DNA of 49,369 nucleotides from a virus. The stretch lies in the IMG/VR virus record IMGVR_UViG_3300018079_000007. One strand, written 5' to 3'. Below, in pieces: positions 16,341-26,058 of the stretch (positions are counted from its first letter, which is position 1; each line of letters opens with the position of its first letter). The position numbers were made by a program, and so were the translations under genes. The notes under the pieces are model-generated. The model did not search any database and was not told the DNA's origin. It saw only the letters and a program-made list of their open reading frames with translations.

Positions 16341-19010
16341 ATGGATTTTGGCAGTGAGGGCTATTCGTTAGGTACGGCTTATGGCCGAATAGTCTTAAGC
16401 CTTGATGACTCGGCGGTTCAGAACGCGCGCCAATCCATCGGCGGCGGCTTGCAAGACCTGGGCGGCGCAATCTCCAGCATCGGCTCCAGCCTGACGCAGT
16501 TAACCGCGCCGGTGCTGGCCTTCGGCCTGACCGGGCTGAAAGCTGCCAGTGATTTCGATACCGTCATCAACCAGATACGAGTCTTTGGCGAACTCGGCCC
16601 GCAAGACCTGGAACGGGTGCGGCAGGCGGCACTCAAGTGGGGCGCGGATACCAAGTTTAGTGCGTTGGATGCCAGCGCCGGGATGCTCGACCTGCTCAAG
16701 AGTGGTCAATCGGTTGAGCAGGCGATGGCGACCATGCCAGCCGTCCTCAATTTGGCGGGCGCGGGCAACCTGAATTTGGCACAAGCGGCAGGAATCACCA
16801 GTTCGGCTTTGGCACAGTTCAGGTTGAAGGCTGAGGATGCTGGACGGGTAGCCGACGCGCTGTCACGGGCAGCCAATGCCAGCCGCGCCGAGGTTGGCGA
16901 TCTCGGACTAGCGATGGGTAATGTGGGGCCAGTTGCCGCACAGTACGGACTCAGTATCGAGGATGCCAGCGCGACATTAGCCGTCTTTGCTCAGAACGGC
17001 ATTATGGGCGCAGAAGGCGGAACACTCCTTAAAACTGTCCTGACCCAAATGACCCGTCCCACTGAAGAAGCGGCTGGCGCATGGAAAAAACTTGGTCTTA
17101 GTCTGTACGATGCCAATGGCAATACCCGCGATTTCAACACGGTTCTAGGCGAACTCGATACTGCCCTCGATAAGCTGCCCGTCGAAGAACAAAATGAAAT
17201 CATGTACCAATTGGCAGGCAGCTTCGGCATCACCGGGCTGAATGCTTTACGGGCAGCCGGTGGTATCGGCGCGATGCGCGACCAAATGGCAGCCGCGCCG
17301 GATGCCGCGACGATTGCCGCTGAGTTCATGAACACCTTCGCCGGTAAGGTCGAGTCGCTGACGGGATCGATCCAGACTTTACAGATCGAAGCCCTGACGC
17401 CGCTGATGAATGATGTCCTGGCGCCGATGGTGGACAAGCTCATCGGCGTGGTCAACAGCCTGACAGCCTGGATACAAGCCAACCCGGAACTGGCAGGGCA
17501 AATTACGCAAATCCTGGCCGTGCTGGTGGTGGTCGGGCCAACACTCCTGATTATTGGCAAAGCAGTTTCGGCAGTGGGCGGCCTGTTCAGCGGCCTGGGG
17601 ACGATCCTGGGGCTGGTGCTGTCGCCCATCGGCCTGATTATCGGCGCGGCGGCGCTGTTGTTTCTGGCCTTCCAAACAAATTTCCTGGGTATCCGTGACA
17701 TCCTGCAACCGGTGATTGAAACGATTGTAAACGCCGTGCAATTGGCGGTAATGGGCTTTAGTAGTTTTACCGACATTTTGAATGATACCGGCAGCGTGGT
17801 AGATGCCATTGTTGGATCACTTTCCAGCGGAATTGCTAACTTCCTGGTCGGGTTGGGCGTGATTCAAAATCCCGAACAGTTTTTAGCCTTCCGTCAAGCA
17901 ATTGAAGATGCACTGGGAGGTGTAGTCAGTTTCATTCAAGAAGTAGTCATCCCCATTGTCGAGCGCTTCGTCGGCCTGCTGGTTGACTTCTGGACAGCGA
18001 TCCAGCCGGGGTTACAGGCGTTCGCCAACTGGGTGATCGCGGACGTGCTGCCGCTGGTGGTGGACTTCTTCAATACCATCTTGCGCCCGGCGGTTGAAGG
18101 CATTGTCAATATGCTGATGGACATCTGGGAAGTCGTCAGCCCGGCGCTGTCGGCCTTATTCAACTGGTTCATGGCCGAGGGACTGCCCTGGATTACCGAT
18201 GCGCTGCGCTGGTTCATGGAGAATGTATTACAGCCTGCCATCACTCTGCTTCAGGGAATATGGGAAGCGGTGGGGCCGGTGCTGCAAGATGTGTTTGACT
18301 GGTTCGTGACGACGGCGCTGCCCAAAATTAACGAGGCGGTGGTCTGGTTCAAAGACAATGTATTACAGCCCGCCGTCGATATTCTGGAAGGCTTATGGAT
18401 CGTTATCGAGCCGGTGTTAGCCAAAGTCTACGACTGGTTTGTGACGACGGCGCTGCCCAAAATTAACGAGGCGGTGGTCTGGTTCAAAGACAATATCATC
18501 ACCCCACTTGTCACGCTCATCAGCGGCTTATGGGAAGCTATCCGGCCATCGCTGGAAAAGGTCTATAACTGGTTCCGTGACAGCTTCCAATGGATTGGCG
18601 ACACCTTTATCAAACCAGTGGTCGATTTCATTCAAAAAATTATTGACGGCGTAGGCAATGCCCTGCGGGAATTGGAGAAACTCGGCGGCGGCGGCGGTGT
18701 ATCGGTCGAGGGGTCGGGTGGCACGCCAACGGCGGCCAGTCTCGGTATCCAGTTTCGCGACTCTGGCGGGGCGGGCATGGCCGATGTGCCCTATCTGATT
18801 GGGCGTGGCGCGCAGCCGGAACTCTTTATCCCCAACAGCAACGGCACTTTTATCCCGAATGCCGACAAGCTGCTGGGCGCGGGTGGCGGTGGCGGCGACA
18901 CCATCATCCTGCAAGTGCCGATTGAAATGCTGCGGGATGAGCCGAACTTAGAACGCAACGCCAGAACCTTCGCCGAGAAATTTGCCGACGCGAAAAGGAG
19001 TATGGGATGA
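16341..19010 (+). CDS. Tape measure protein, 889 aa
   Basis: It is the longest late gene and lies after the chaperone. It has hydrophobic segments and 45-aa internal repeats. The ATG at 16341 has better RBS spacing than the GTG at 16335. Confidence 0.85.
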   Translation: MDFGSEGYSLGTAYGRIVLSLDDSAVQNARQSIGGGLQDLGGAISSIGSSLTQLTAPVLAFGLTGLKAASDFDTVINQIRVFGELGPQDLERVRQAALKWGADTKFSALDASAGMLDLLKSGQSVEQAMATMPAVLNLAGAGNLNLAQAAGITSSALAQFRLKAEDAGRVADALSRAANASRAEVGDLGLAMGNVGPVAAQYGLSIEDASATLAVFAQNGIMGAEGGTLLKTVLTQMTRPTEEAAGAWKKLGLSLYDANGNTRDFNTVLGELDTALDKLPVEEQNEIMYQLAGSFGITGLNALRAAGGIGAMRDQMAAAPDAATIAAEFMNTFAGKVESLTGSIQTLQIEALTPLMNDVLAPMVDKLIGVVNSLTAWIQANPELAGQITQILAVLVVVGPTLLIIGKAVSAVGGLFSGLGTILGLVLSPIGLIIGAAALLFLAFQTNFLGIRDILQPVIETIVNAVQLAVMGFSSFTDILNDTGSVVDAIVGSLSSGIANFLVGLGVIQNPEQFLAFRQAIEDALGGVVSFIQEVVIPIVERFVGLLVDFWTAIQPGLQAFANWVIADVLPLVVDFFNTILRPAVEGIVNMLMDIWEVVSPALSALFNWFMAEGLPWITDALRWFMENVLQPAITLLQGIWEAVGPVLQDVFDWFVTTALPKINEAVVWFKDNVLQPAVDILEGLWIVIEPVLAKVYDWFVTTALPKINEAVVWFKDNIITPLVTLISGLWEAIRPSLEKVYNWFRDSFQWIGDTFIKPVVDFIQKIIDGVGNALRELEKLGGGGGVSVEGSGGTPTAASLGIQFRDSGGAGMADVPYLIGRGAQPELFIPNSNGTFIPNADKLLGAGGGGGDTIILQVPIEMLRDEPNLERNARTFAEKFADAKRSMG
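17988..18650 (+). repeat. Five in-frame repeats of about 135 bp (45 aa) inside the tape measure gene
   Basis: 18297..18359 and 18432..18494 differ at 1 of 63 nt. The flanking units are diverged (W..V.P.L....NWF pattern). Confidence 0.8.
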
Positions 19011-19885
19011 CCATCTTACAGCGTGTCACCCGGTTTGGGTCGGGATCGCAGGTGTATACCTTCCCAGATACGATCCAAACCCTGAATGGTAATTTTGGCT
19101 CCCTGATTACGCTCACCAGCAAACTGCCGGGGGCGGACGGCGGCTTTGATGAATTCGGCCTGGGGGTTTCACCGGCGGAGATTGGCAAGGTGTCGGTGGA
19201 GTTCACACTGATCAGCGACACGCGCGAAGGTATGACAGCGCTGCGCGATGCGGTTTATAAGATGCGTGGTTTTGGGCGCAAACAACTCTTTATGCAGCCG
19301 TCGGACAATGCCCTGCCGCCGCGCTGGTGCTGGGGGCGCGTCGCTTCGATCCCGATCAACGAAAAAGTGGCGAAACATACCGATTTGTGGCAGCCGGTGA
19401 CGGTTAACTTTCACGTTCCTGACCCGATGTGGTACGCGCAAGGGACAGAAGCGGTTTTGTGGGGCGCTTTTAATTGGGGTGATGGTTCGGTGTGGGGTGG
19501 CACGGCACCGGCCTGGGCGATCTCCGGCGAGCTGACCGATCAAACGGTGACGCCGGTTGGTTCGGCCATCATCCAGCCGCGTATCAAGATTTCCTGCGGC
19601 GCTGGGCAGACCGTCACGAATCCGACCATTCAGCGGGTGGTGAACGGCGAGGTAGTGGATCAGGTGAGCTACACCGGCACACTGGTTGCCAGCGACGTAT
19701 TGGAAATAAACTGCCGCGCCTGGTTGGTCAAGAAGAACAGTGTTGATGCGTATACCAGCGCCTTCAGCTTTCTGCACCCATCCTGGTTCCGACTGTATCC
19801 GGGCGCCAATACAGTTCGCATTCGCTTCGCCAATTCAACCGACGCGGCCACCATCCGCATGTTGTATTTTGAGGGGTATTACTAA
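19007..19885 (+). CDS. Distal tail protein candidate, 292 aa
   Basis: It lies immediately after the tape measure gene (ATGA overlap) and has a typical size. Confidence 0.55.
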   Translation: MTILQRVTRFGSGSQVYTFPDTIQTLNGNFGSLITLTSKLPGADGGFDEFGLGVSPAEIGKVSVEFTLISDTREGMTALRDAVYKMRGFGRKQLFMQPSDNALPPRWCWGRVASIPINEKVAKHTDLWQPVTVNFHVPDPMWYAQGTEAVLWGAFNWGDGSVWGGTAPAWAISGELTDQTVTPVGSAIIQPRIKISCGAGQTVTNPTIQRVVNGEVVDQVSYTGTLVASDVLEINCRAWLVKKNSVDAYTSAFSFLHPSWFRLYPGANTVRIRFANSTDAATIRMLYFEGYY

Positions 19886-21123
19886 TGGCAATTGATATTG
19901 GTTCGCAAGTGGATCGTTCGGCGTTGGTTGATACCCAGGGCGCGGACGCCGGTGACGTGAAAACGCCGCTGGATAACCTGGTCACGGTCACCAACAACGT
20001 ACTCAACGCCGCCCAGGAATTTGAGGCGCTGCGCGGCGTCCAGATTGCCGATCCGACGGCGCACGCCACCCACTGGAAAATGTATTTTAAAAGCACCGGT
20101 CTGTTCCTGCGCCAATCGACAGCCGTAGGTGGCGCAGTCGTTGGCCCGTTGGGCGTCACCGGCAGCGCCGATGCCGATGATGTGACTTATACGCCGACTA
20201 CGTTGGCCGATTGGGATAGCGCGGCTGACCCTGGTGATGTTGAACAGGCACTCGACCAATTGGCCGAACGAACCACTGATCTGGAAGCGGGAGCCGGTAC
20301 CCCTGGTCAATGCCAGGGCCGTTTGACATTATCCACGACTGACCCGGCACCCAGTGCGGACCAACTCGCAAAAACAACGCTTTATTTCCTGCCCTATAAA
20401 GGGAATCGGGCCTCGCTGTACGAGAGTTCGGTCTGGGTACAAAAGACGATCCCCGATGCCGGGGTGAGTATTGCGATTCCAGCGACCACTGACACCAACT
20501 ATGACGTGTATTTGTATGACAATGCCGGCACACTCACGCTTGATCTGACGGCCTGGACGGATGCCACCACACGAGCGACGGCGCTGGTTAAGCAACACGG
20601 CGTCTGGGTGAAGACAGGCGCGACGGCCCGCCTTTACCTGGGGACGATCCGTACCACCGGGGTCAGCGGCCAGTGCGAAGACAGCGTAGACCGCCGCCTG
20701 GTATGGAATAATTACAACCGTGTCTTGCGCAAACTGCTGCACATCGAAACCACAAACTCCTGGTCTTACACAACGGCATCCTTCCGTGCCATGAATAACA
20801 GCGCCGCCAACGCCATTGAAATCTGCTACGGGTTATCTGAGGACATGTTTGAATGTGCCGTCACAGGCAACTATGTCACCTCGTCAGGCGTTGGCGCACA
20901 TGGTATCGGTGTCGATAGCACAACCACCAACAGCGCCACCCTGAATGGCAACGGGGCTTCAACGGCGGGTGCTTACAACTCCGCCGTCTACGAGGACTAC
21001 CCGACGGTTGGCTACCATAAATACACGGCGCTGGAGTTTGGTGCGACGGGCGTCACCATGCGCGGTGACAATGCCACACCAACTCAAATGCAATCCGGCA
21101 TCCGGGGCAAGGTGTGGGGTTAA
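19885..21123 (+). CDS. Tail fibre / receptor-binding protein candidate, 412 aa
   Basis: It lies in the tail tip module. It contains the segment DADDVTYTPTTLADWDSAADPGDVEQALDQLAERT, which resembles fibre N-terminal regions. The call is tentative. Confidence 0.45.
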   Translation: MAIDIGSQVDRSALVDTQGADAGDVKTPLDNLVTVTNNVLNAAQEFEALRGVQIADPTAHATHWKMYFKSTGLFLRQSTAVGGAVVGPLGVTGSADADDVTYTPTTLADWDSAADPGDVEQALDQLAERTTDLEAGAGTPGQCQGRLTLSTTDPAPSADQLAKTTLYFLPYKGNRASLYESSVWVQKTIPDAGVSIAIPATTDTNYDVYLYDNAGTLTLDLTAWTDATTRATALVKQHGVWVKTGATARLYLGTIRTTGVSGQCEDSVDRRLVWNNYNRVLRKLLHIETTNSWSYTTASFRAMNNSAANAIEICYGLSEDMFECAVTGNYVTSSGVGAHGIGVDSTTTNSATLNGNGASTAGAYNSAVYEDYPTVGYHKYTALEFGATGVTMRGDNATPTQMQSGIRGKVWG

Positions 21124-22965
21124 ATGCGCATCTGGGCTGATGTTCACAATGCAGCCGGTGACCGCCTGGGCGATGGCCCGGTCACGACCTTAAAGAATAT
21201 CACCGTCACGCGGGCATTGGATCGGGCAGGCAGCTTTAAATTAACCGTGCCGGAAACCGATACCCGCGCTTTGACTTTGCTGACGAACAAACGCCGGGTA
21301 CGCATCTTTGCCGAGCAGTTGGGAACCGTGCGCGAACTCACACGCGGCATCATTGAGAACATTGGGCTGCAAGATAGTTCCGGCGGTTACAACCTGACCG
21401 CCGACGGGCCGGACATCCTGGAAGAATTGAAATTTAAAAATGTGCTGCTGGGACGCAAATATGATAATCAGACGGTGCAATCGGTGGTGGACAGCTTACT
21501 TGGGTTAGCCGGTGGTTGGACACGTTCTGGCAGTTCATCCAACACTATTAATGCGCGCTACGATGGCGCGACGGTGCTGCGGGCGCTGCAAAATCTGGTA
21601 TCGCAGCAGGGTATCCACTTCCGTATGCCGTCCTCCAATACGCTGGAAATTGGCGCGTTCGGCACGACCAATGGCTTACGCCTGATTGCGCCTACATCGA
21701 TCCCCATCGAGATGGATGGTGAAACTTCGATTGCGCTGATTGATAAAATTACCCTGGCTAAAAACAGCGAGGATGTGGTGAACTGGCTGATCCCATTGGG
21801 CGCAGGCCAGGGCGACGCCGCATTGAGCCTGGAATTTTCAACGCGCACCTCGCCTTACCCCATCCAAACCATCACCGGGCCAGACGGCAGGACGCTGTAT
21901 TACATCAAGGATACAGCCAGTATCAGCGCCTACGGACAGATCGAGAAGATTGGGACGTTTAAGGATATTGCGCCGATCAGCACCGGCAAAACCGATGTGA
22001 TCCGGGCGGCCAATGCTTTGTACGATGCGGCGGCGGCCTGGTTACAACGTTATTCACAATTGCAGGAAGTGTATAACGTGACCTGCCGCAAGTTGCACCA
22101 GAACCTGTTGCCGGGCGATAAAATCCATGTCCGCTACCTGGGCGTAGTCACGGATGAAAACAACGAAAACCAGACTTTCCGTGACATCAATGCCGATTTC
22201 TGGATTTTATCGGTGTCGGAAACCTTTGGCGCGAGTGGCGCCAGTGTCAGCATGAAAATTGCCACCGTAGATCGGCACGAAGAAGAAGAAGCCTATGTCA
22301 TCCTGGGGGCTTTAGAGGAGTTGCGGGTCAACAATGTCCATATCCAGCCGTATTTCAGCAAGGATAGCTGGAAGGACAGTTTCGCAATCGACAACACGCA
22401 TCCGGTTACGTTCACGATGGACATTACCAATACCACCCAGGCGCTCAACCGGGCCATTGTTCGTATTCGCACTATGCCTTTCCGAACGCACATCCAGGCG
22501 GCTGAAGCCGGTGGCGACCATGTGCATCAGGTATTTTCAACGCCTTCGGGCGTGTATGGCGGCGGATCAACGCTCCAGGCAGTGACGGCTGCCGATGGGC
22601 CGCCGCCTTCGGGGTTAACGTCCATTGCACTCCAGATGATTAATACGGACTCACCGATTTACACGTTTGGCGCGTCAGGCGACCATACCCATCCAATGGT
22701 GTATGGCATCTATGACGACAGCGCCCATCCGGTGAATATCAGCATTTACATTAATGGCGTGGATCGCACCAGCGCATTGGGTGGCCCCTGGGCAGCCAGC
22801 GGCAGTGCCATCAACATTGAACTGCATATTACGGAATACATCAACCTGGCGGCCAACCTGCAACAGTCGCACGGGATCGAAATCCGCTGCGCCAGTGGGC
22901 AGGGCCTGGTCAAAATCCACTGCGAATTATGGGAAATTGTGCAGGATATTGCCGTATTTGATTAA
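21124..22965 (+). CDS. Tail-associated structural protein candidate, 613 aa
   Basis: Large ORF in the tail tip module. The N-terminus MRIWADVHNAAGDRLGDGPVT resembles siphovirus tail proteins. It is the last late structural gene. Confidence 0.5.
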   Translation: MRIWADVHNAAGDRLGDGPVTTLKNITVTRALDRAGSFKLTVPETDTRALTLLTNKRRVRIFAEQLGTVRELTRGIIENIGLQDSSGGYNLTADGPDILEELKFKNVLLGRKYDNQTVQSVVDSLLGLAGGWTRSGSSSNTINARYDGATVLRALQNLVSQQGIHFRMPSSNTLEIGAFGTTNGLRLIAPTSIPIEMDGETSIALIDKITLAKNSEDVVNWLIPLGAGQGDAALSLEFSTRTSPYPIQTITGPDGRTLYYIKDTASISAYGQIEKIGTFKDIAPISTGKTDVIRAANALYDAAAAWLQRYSQLQEVYNVTCRKLHQNLLPGDKIHVRYLGVVTDENNENQTFRDINADFWILSVSETFGASGASVSMKIATVDRHEEEEAYVILGALEELRVNNVHIQPYFSKDSWKDSFAIDNTHPVTFTMDITNTTQALNRAIVRIRTMPFRTHIQAAEAGGDHVHQVFSTPSGVYGGGSTLQAVTAADGPPPSGLTSIALQMINTDSPIYTFGASGDHTHPMVYGIYDDSAHPVNISIYINGVDRTSALGGPWAASGSAINIELHITEYINLAANLQQSHGIEIRCASGQGLVKIHCELWEIVQDIAVFD

Positions 22966-22982
22966 GCGAAGATACGAAATTT

Positions 22983-23042
22983 TGTGCTACAATAAGAGGC
23001 ATAGGCGCGGCCTGTCGAAGGGGACAGACCGCGTTTTTATTT
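22983..23042 (+). promoter_or_regulatory. Cassette D: TGTGCTACAAT (22983..22993), hairpin (23006..23033, one C-A mismatch), T-run 23034..23042
   Basis: Read from the sequence. Confidence 0.55.
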
Positions 23043-23061
23043 GGAGCAGGAGGAGGGCATT

Positions 23062-23373
23062 TTGGGCATCAAACGGCTGATGATTGCAGCAGTGGTGTGC
23101 GCACTACTGATCGGATTTTTTGTCGGTTTCCAGGTCGGCGTAACCCTGGCGCAAACTTCGGGACAACCCGGTGTCAGTATGACCAGTGAAGCGGTGAACG
23201 GGCAATATCGGATGGTCATCAGCGGGCCAACGGATCAAGTGAATCGCATCTGCGCTCAGGGCGATTGCAGCCGCACCTTCGGCAGCCCATTGGATGCGAC
23301 CAATTATTTCTATGAGTTGTTCGGACGGGCAAATGGGATATTCCTTGTGCCTATTCCGCCGCCTTCGTCTTGA
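23062..23373 (+). CDS. Membrane protein with one N-terminal TM helix, 103 aa (lysis cassette)
   Basis: The TTG at 23062 follows AGGAGGAGGG. TM segment LMIAAVVCALLIGFFVGFQVGV. The start is uncertain (23041, 23062 or 23080). Confidence 0.5.
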   Translation: MGIKRLMIAAVVCALLIGFFVGFQVGVTLAQTSGQPGVSMTSEAVNGQYRMVISGPTDQVNRICAQGDCSRTFGSPLDATNYFYELFGRANGIFLVPIPPPSS

Positions 23374-23417
23374 TTTTTGACCTGTTATCAAACAACTACC
23401 TACAAGGAGCGGAAATC

Positions 23418-23565
23418 ATGAGCGGAAGAAGTATCAGTTCAAATCTGTTTAGCCCTGTTCCTGATCGGCTACGGCATCTCGACCTTCACCAGCATCGCCG
23501 TCGCGCCGCTTGTCCTGGCCGTACTGGCGGTGGTGGCGGGCGTGTTGATATTGTTTGGGCGCTAA
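23418..23565 (+). CDS. Candidate small two-TM membrane protein (holin-like) that needs a frame change
   Basis: AAGGAG plus the ATG at 23418 are in one frame. That frame translates to Arg/Gly-rich sequence. The +1 frame 23422..23565 encodes AEEVSVQICLALFLIGYGISTFTSIAVAPLVLAVLAVVAGVLILFGR but has no start codon. Confidence 0.35.
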
Positions 23566-23592
23566 CGACGGCGTGTTATTAAAGGGGTATCG

Positions 23593-24342
23593 ATGAAGGT
23601 TACGCTACGCGCGGTTTCCATCTGGACAAGGCAATCCTGGATCACCCTGACGGTGTTGACCCTGGCTTTGCTGTCGGCGCGGAGTGTGCTGGCGGCGGAT
23701 GCGACATCTCCCACGTTTGGCGACCAAGTACAGAATTGGATTGCTGGGATTGTCACCCTTACGGTCATCAACCTGGGGACACAGGTATTTACGCAAATCC
23801 GTGCCGCACGCGCACGCGAAGAAGCCAAAACAACTAAAGCCGAACTGAACACACTCAAACGCGATCTGGGCGTCGATCAGAAGTCCATTCCCGGCGAAGC
23901 ACCAGCGCCCGCACCGGACATCACCAAGATGCACACGGAAATTGCCGAACTGCAAACCAAATTGACGACGGTTCAGAACGAACTCACAACCACCCTCAAG
24001 GAACGGGATGAGGCCAATCTTAAACGCGATGAAGCCTACGAGCAGGTGCGCACCCAGGTTGAACTGAAAGCACAGGATAACCTGAATGCCCAAAACACCA
24101 TCGACCAGTTGCAAAAGCAAGGCGAGGAACAGAACGCGCTCATCGCCAGCCAGGAGGCGACGATCAGTGATTACGAGCAACGTTTTCAGCGCTACGATCT
24201 GAATCTGGCGCGGCTGGAAGGGCGTTTAGATGAGCGCGAGAAACAGGCGCAACTGGTGGACGCGATTAAATCGATGACCGATTCGTTTCTCCAGGTGATT
24301 GGGCGTTTGATGCCCGCGCCGCCGGAGGTCACAGCGCCATGA
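23593..24342 (+). CDS. Membrane-anchored coiled-coil protein, 249 aa (lysis cassette)
   Basis: Two N-terminal hydrophobic segments are followed by a long heptad-like region (TEIAELQTKLTTVQNELTTTLKERDE...). Confidence 0.55.
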   Translation: MKVTLRAVSIWTRQSWITLTVLTLALLSARSVLAADATSPTFGDQVQNWIAGIVTLTVINLGTQVFTQIRAARAREEAKTTKAELNTLKRDLGVDQKSIPGEAPAPAPDITKMHTEIAELQTKLTTVQNELTTTLKERDEANLKRDEAYEQVRTQVELKAQDNLNAQNTIDQLQKQGEEQNALIASQEATISDYEQRFQRYDLNLARLEGRLDEREKQAQLVDAIKSMTDSFLQVIGRLMPAPPEVTAP

Positions 24343-25556
24343 CCCAACCAGTCGGTTTTAATATCGCCCTGCGTTACGTGAAGGACATCGGCAAGCTGTA
24401 CCGCCGTATGGACACGCTTCAGCCCGCCGTCCAGACCGTGATGATCGACAAGGACGAGCACATCCCCTATGTTCTGGACTTCGCCGCGCGTTTTCCGCAA
24501 ACCCTGATCGTGGCGCGGGTGCGCGATGGCAATGATGGCGGCTTTCACACGGAGCCGGTCAACGACCCGGAAAAACGCCGCTGGATCGCTGCGCCGGAAG
24601 ATTTCTTAAACCGCTGGGGTATCCTCGGCCAGGGTAACAACTTATCGCTGTATGCGTTAAACGAACCGAAGTTGAGTGAGAATACACCCGATTGGGTGGT
24701 AAATCGGTTCAATGAATGGGTTTGCCTGACGGGCGAATTGGCCGTGCGCCGTAACATCGCCCTCACCCTGCCGAATATTGGCATGGGACAGCCGGGCATT
24801 ACGACAACCGTGCCCGTTGAATGGGAAAGCCGTTTTGATCCTTTGCTGCGACTGGTGAGCAAATACCGTGACCAGCTCACGCTCGGATTGCACGAATACG
24901 GGCCGGAAGAACCGCACCATTGGGGCCGCATTATGTACATGCTGCAACGCTGCCTCACGCTGGGGATTCCATCACCCAGTGTCGTGCTGACTGAGTTCGG
25001 CGTCGATGCGACACACGGCCCACGCAACGGCTATAAGGCACGCGGCTGGAGCGGCGATCACTACATGCGCCAGTGCGCCAGTGTTATCAAACGTATTTAC
25101 TCCCCGTTGATCGCGCGCGGCATCCTGAAGGGCATCTGTTTCTTTATTTATGGAGCGCCATCGCCGGAGTGGGATCCGTTCGATGTGGAGAACGACGAAC
25201 CCTTTTTTGACACGCTGACCTACGCCATTGCAGCGGGCAGTATGAATGTCACCAAGCCCATTCCGGTGATTAGACCGCCCGCAGACAAGCCCTCCCAGGA
25301 AATTCCAACGCTGCCGCCACCAGCGCCGGAAACCTTTCCTGAGCCACCCACTGCTACCGAACCGGAGCGCAAGATTCGCACGCTGCAAATCACCGTCGCG
25401 GCCACTGACGAAGAATGGGCGCAGATGTCCGTCGTCGGGTTGGGCGTGCTGGACGCCTTAAGTAAACTCGCGGGCTTATCCGACCCGATCAAGGCGCTGA
25501 TACCCCGCATTAAGATCGACGATTTGAGTCTATCCAAACAAGGAGTAACCGTATGA
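24339..25556 (+). CDS. Glycoside hydrolase candidate with clan GH-A-like NEP / TEFG motifs, 405 aa; putative endolysin or depolymerase
   Basis: YALNEPKLSE and LTEFGVD lie about 110 residues apart. A Pro-rich linker and a C-terminal domain follow. The gene sits between membrane protein genes. Confidence 0.45.
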   Translation: MTQPVGFNIALRYVKDIGKLYRRMDTLQPAVQTVMIDKDEHIPYVLDFAARFPQTLIVARVRDGNDGGFHTEPVNDPEKRRWIAAPEDFLNRWGILGQGNNLSLYALNEPKLSENTPDWVVNRFNEWVCLTGELAVRRNIALTLPNIGMGQPGITTTVPVEWESRFDPLLRLVSKYRDQLTLGLHEYGPEEPHHWGRIMYMLQRCLTLGIPSPSVVLTEFGVDATHGPRNGYKARGWSGDHYMRQCASVIKRIYSPLIARGILKGICFFIYGAPSPEWDPFDVENDEPFFDTLTYAIAAGSMNVTKPIPVIRPPADKPSQEIPTLPPPAPETFPEPPTATEPERKIRTLQITVAATDEEWAQMSVVGLGVLDALSKLAGLSDPIKALIPRIKIDDLSLSKQGVTV

Positions 25557-25984
25557 AACACCGTATCGTTTTACTACTGCTGACCGTCCTGCTGCTGACC
25601 GTCCTGCTGATTGCTGTTCCGGCGATTGCCCAGGACGAAGCGACGCCGGAAGTGACCGAGACTGCTGCGCCGAACGTTGAACCGGCGCCAGTGGTCGAGC
25701 CACCTGCGCCGACGCCTGCACCCGAACCGGGCTTCAACCTGCGCGATTTCCTGCTGGGTGTACTGACCGGCGGCGCGACCACGCTGGCGGCTATCTTTGG
25801 CATCATTGGCCGATTAAAGAACGACAAAGCGGCGCTGGATGCGATAGAATGGCTGGGTAAGTCGATCCCAATTGAAGCACTACGAGAACTAAACCGACTG
25901 GGCCATAACGCGCGTGATGCCGGTGAGGTGATTGACCGGGTGACGGATGGACTGCCCAACCTGCCGGACGGCGCTGGAAGTTAA
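25553..25984 (+). CDS. Membrane/secreted protein, 143 aa (lysis cassette)
   Basis: Signal-like N-terminus LLLLTVLLLTVLLIAVPAIAQ, a Pro/Ala-rich spacer and a second TM segment LLGVLTGGATTLAAIFGIIG. Confidence 0.55.
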   Translation: MKHRIVLLLLTVLLLTVLLIAVPAIAQDEATPEVTETAAPNVEPAPVVEPPAPTPAPEPGFNLRDFLLGVLTGGATTLAAIFGIIGRLKNDKAALDAIEWLGKSIPIEALRELNRLGHNARDAGEVIDRVTDGLPNLPDGAGS

Positions 25985-26022
25985 GGTATTCTAACCGGCG
26001 CACAAGTCCTAAAGGTGATAAC

Positions 26023-26053
26023 AAAAAGGGACGAGATATATCTCGTCCCTTTT
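26023..26053. terminator. Bidirectional intrinsic terminator between the convergent late and early operons
   Basis: AAAAA, then a GGGACGAGAT/ATCTCGTCCC stem (26028..26049), then TTTT. Confidence 0.8.
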
Positions 26054-26058
26054 CGCGT

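Noticed and set aside
23370-23582. 70-aa ORF from the track in the lysis cassette.
   Set aside because: Its translation is Arg/Gly-rich (HQHRRRAACPGRTGGGGGR), typical of an off-frame reading of a hydrophobic GC-rich segment. The +1 frame gives a clean two-TM protein (see the finding at 23418..23565).
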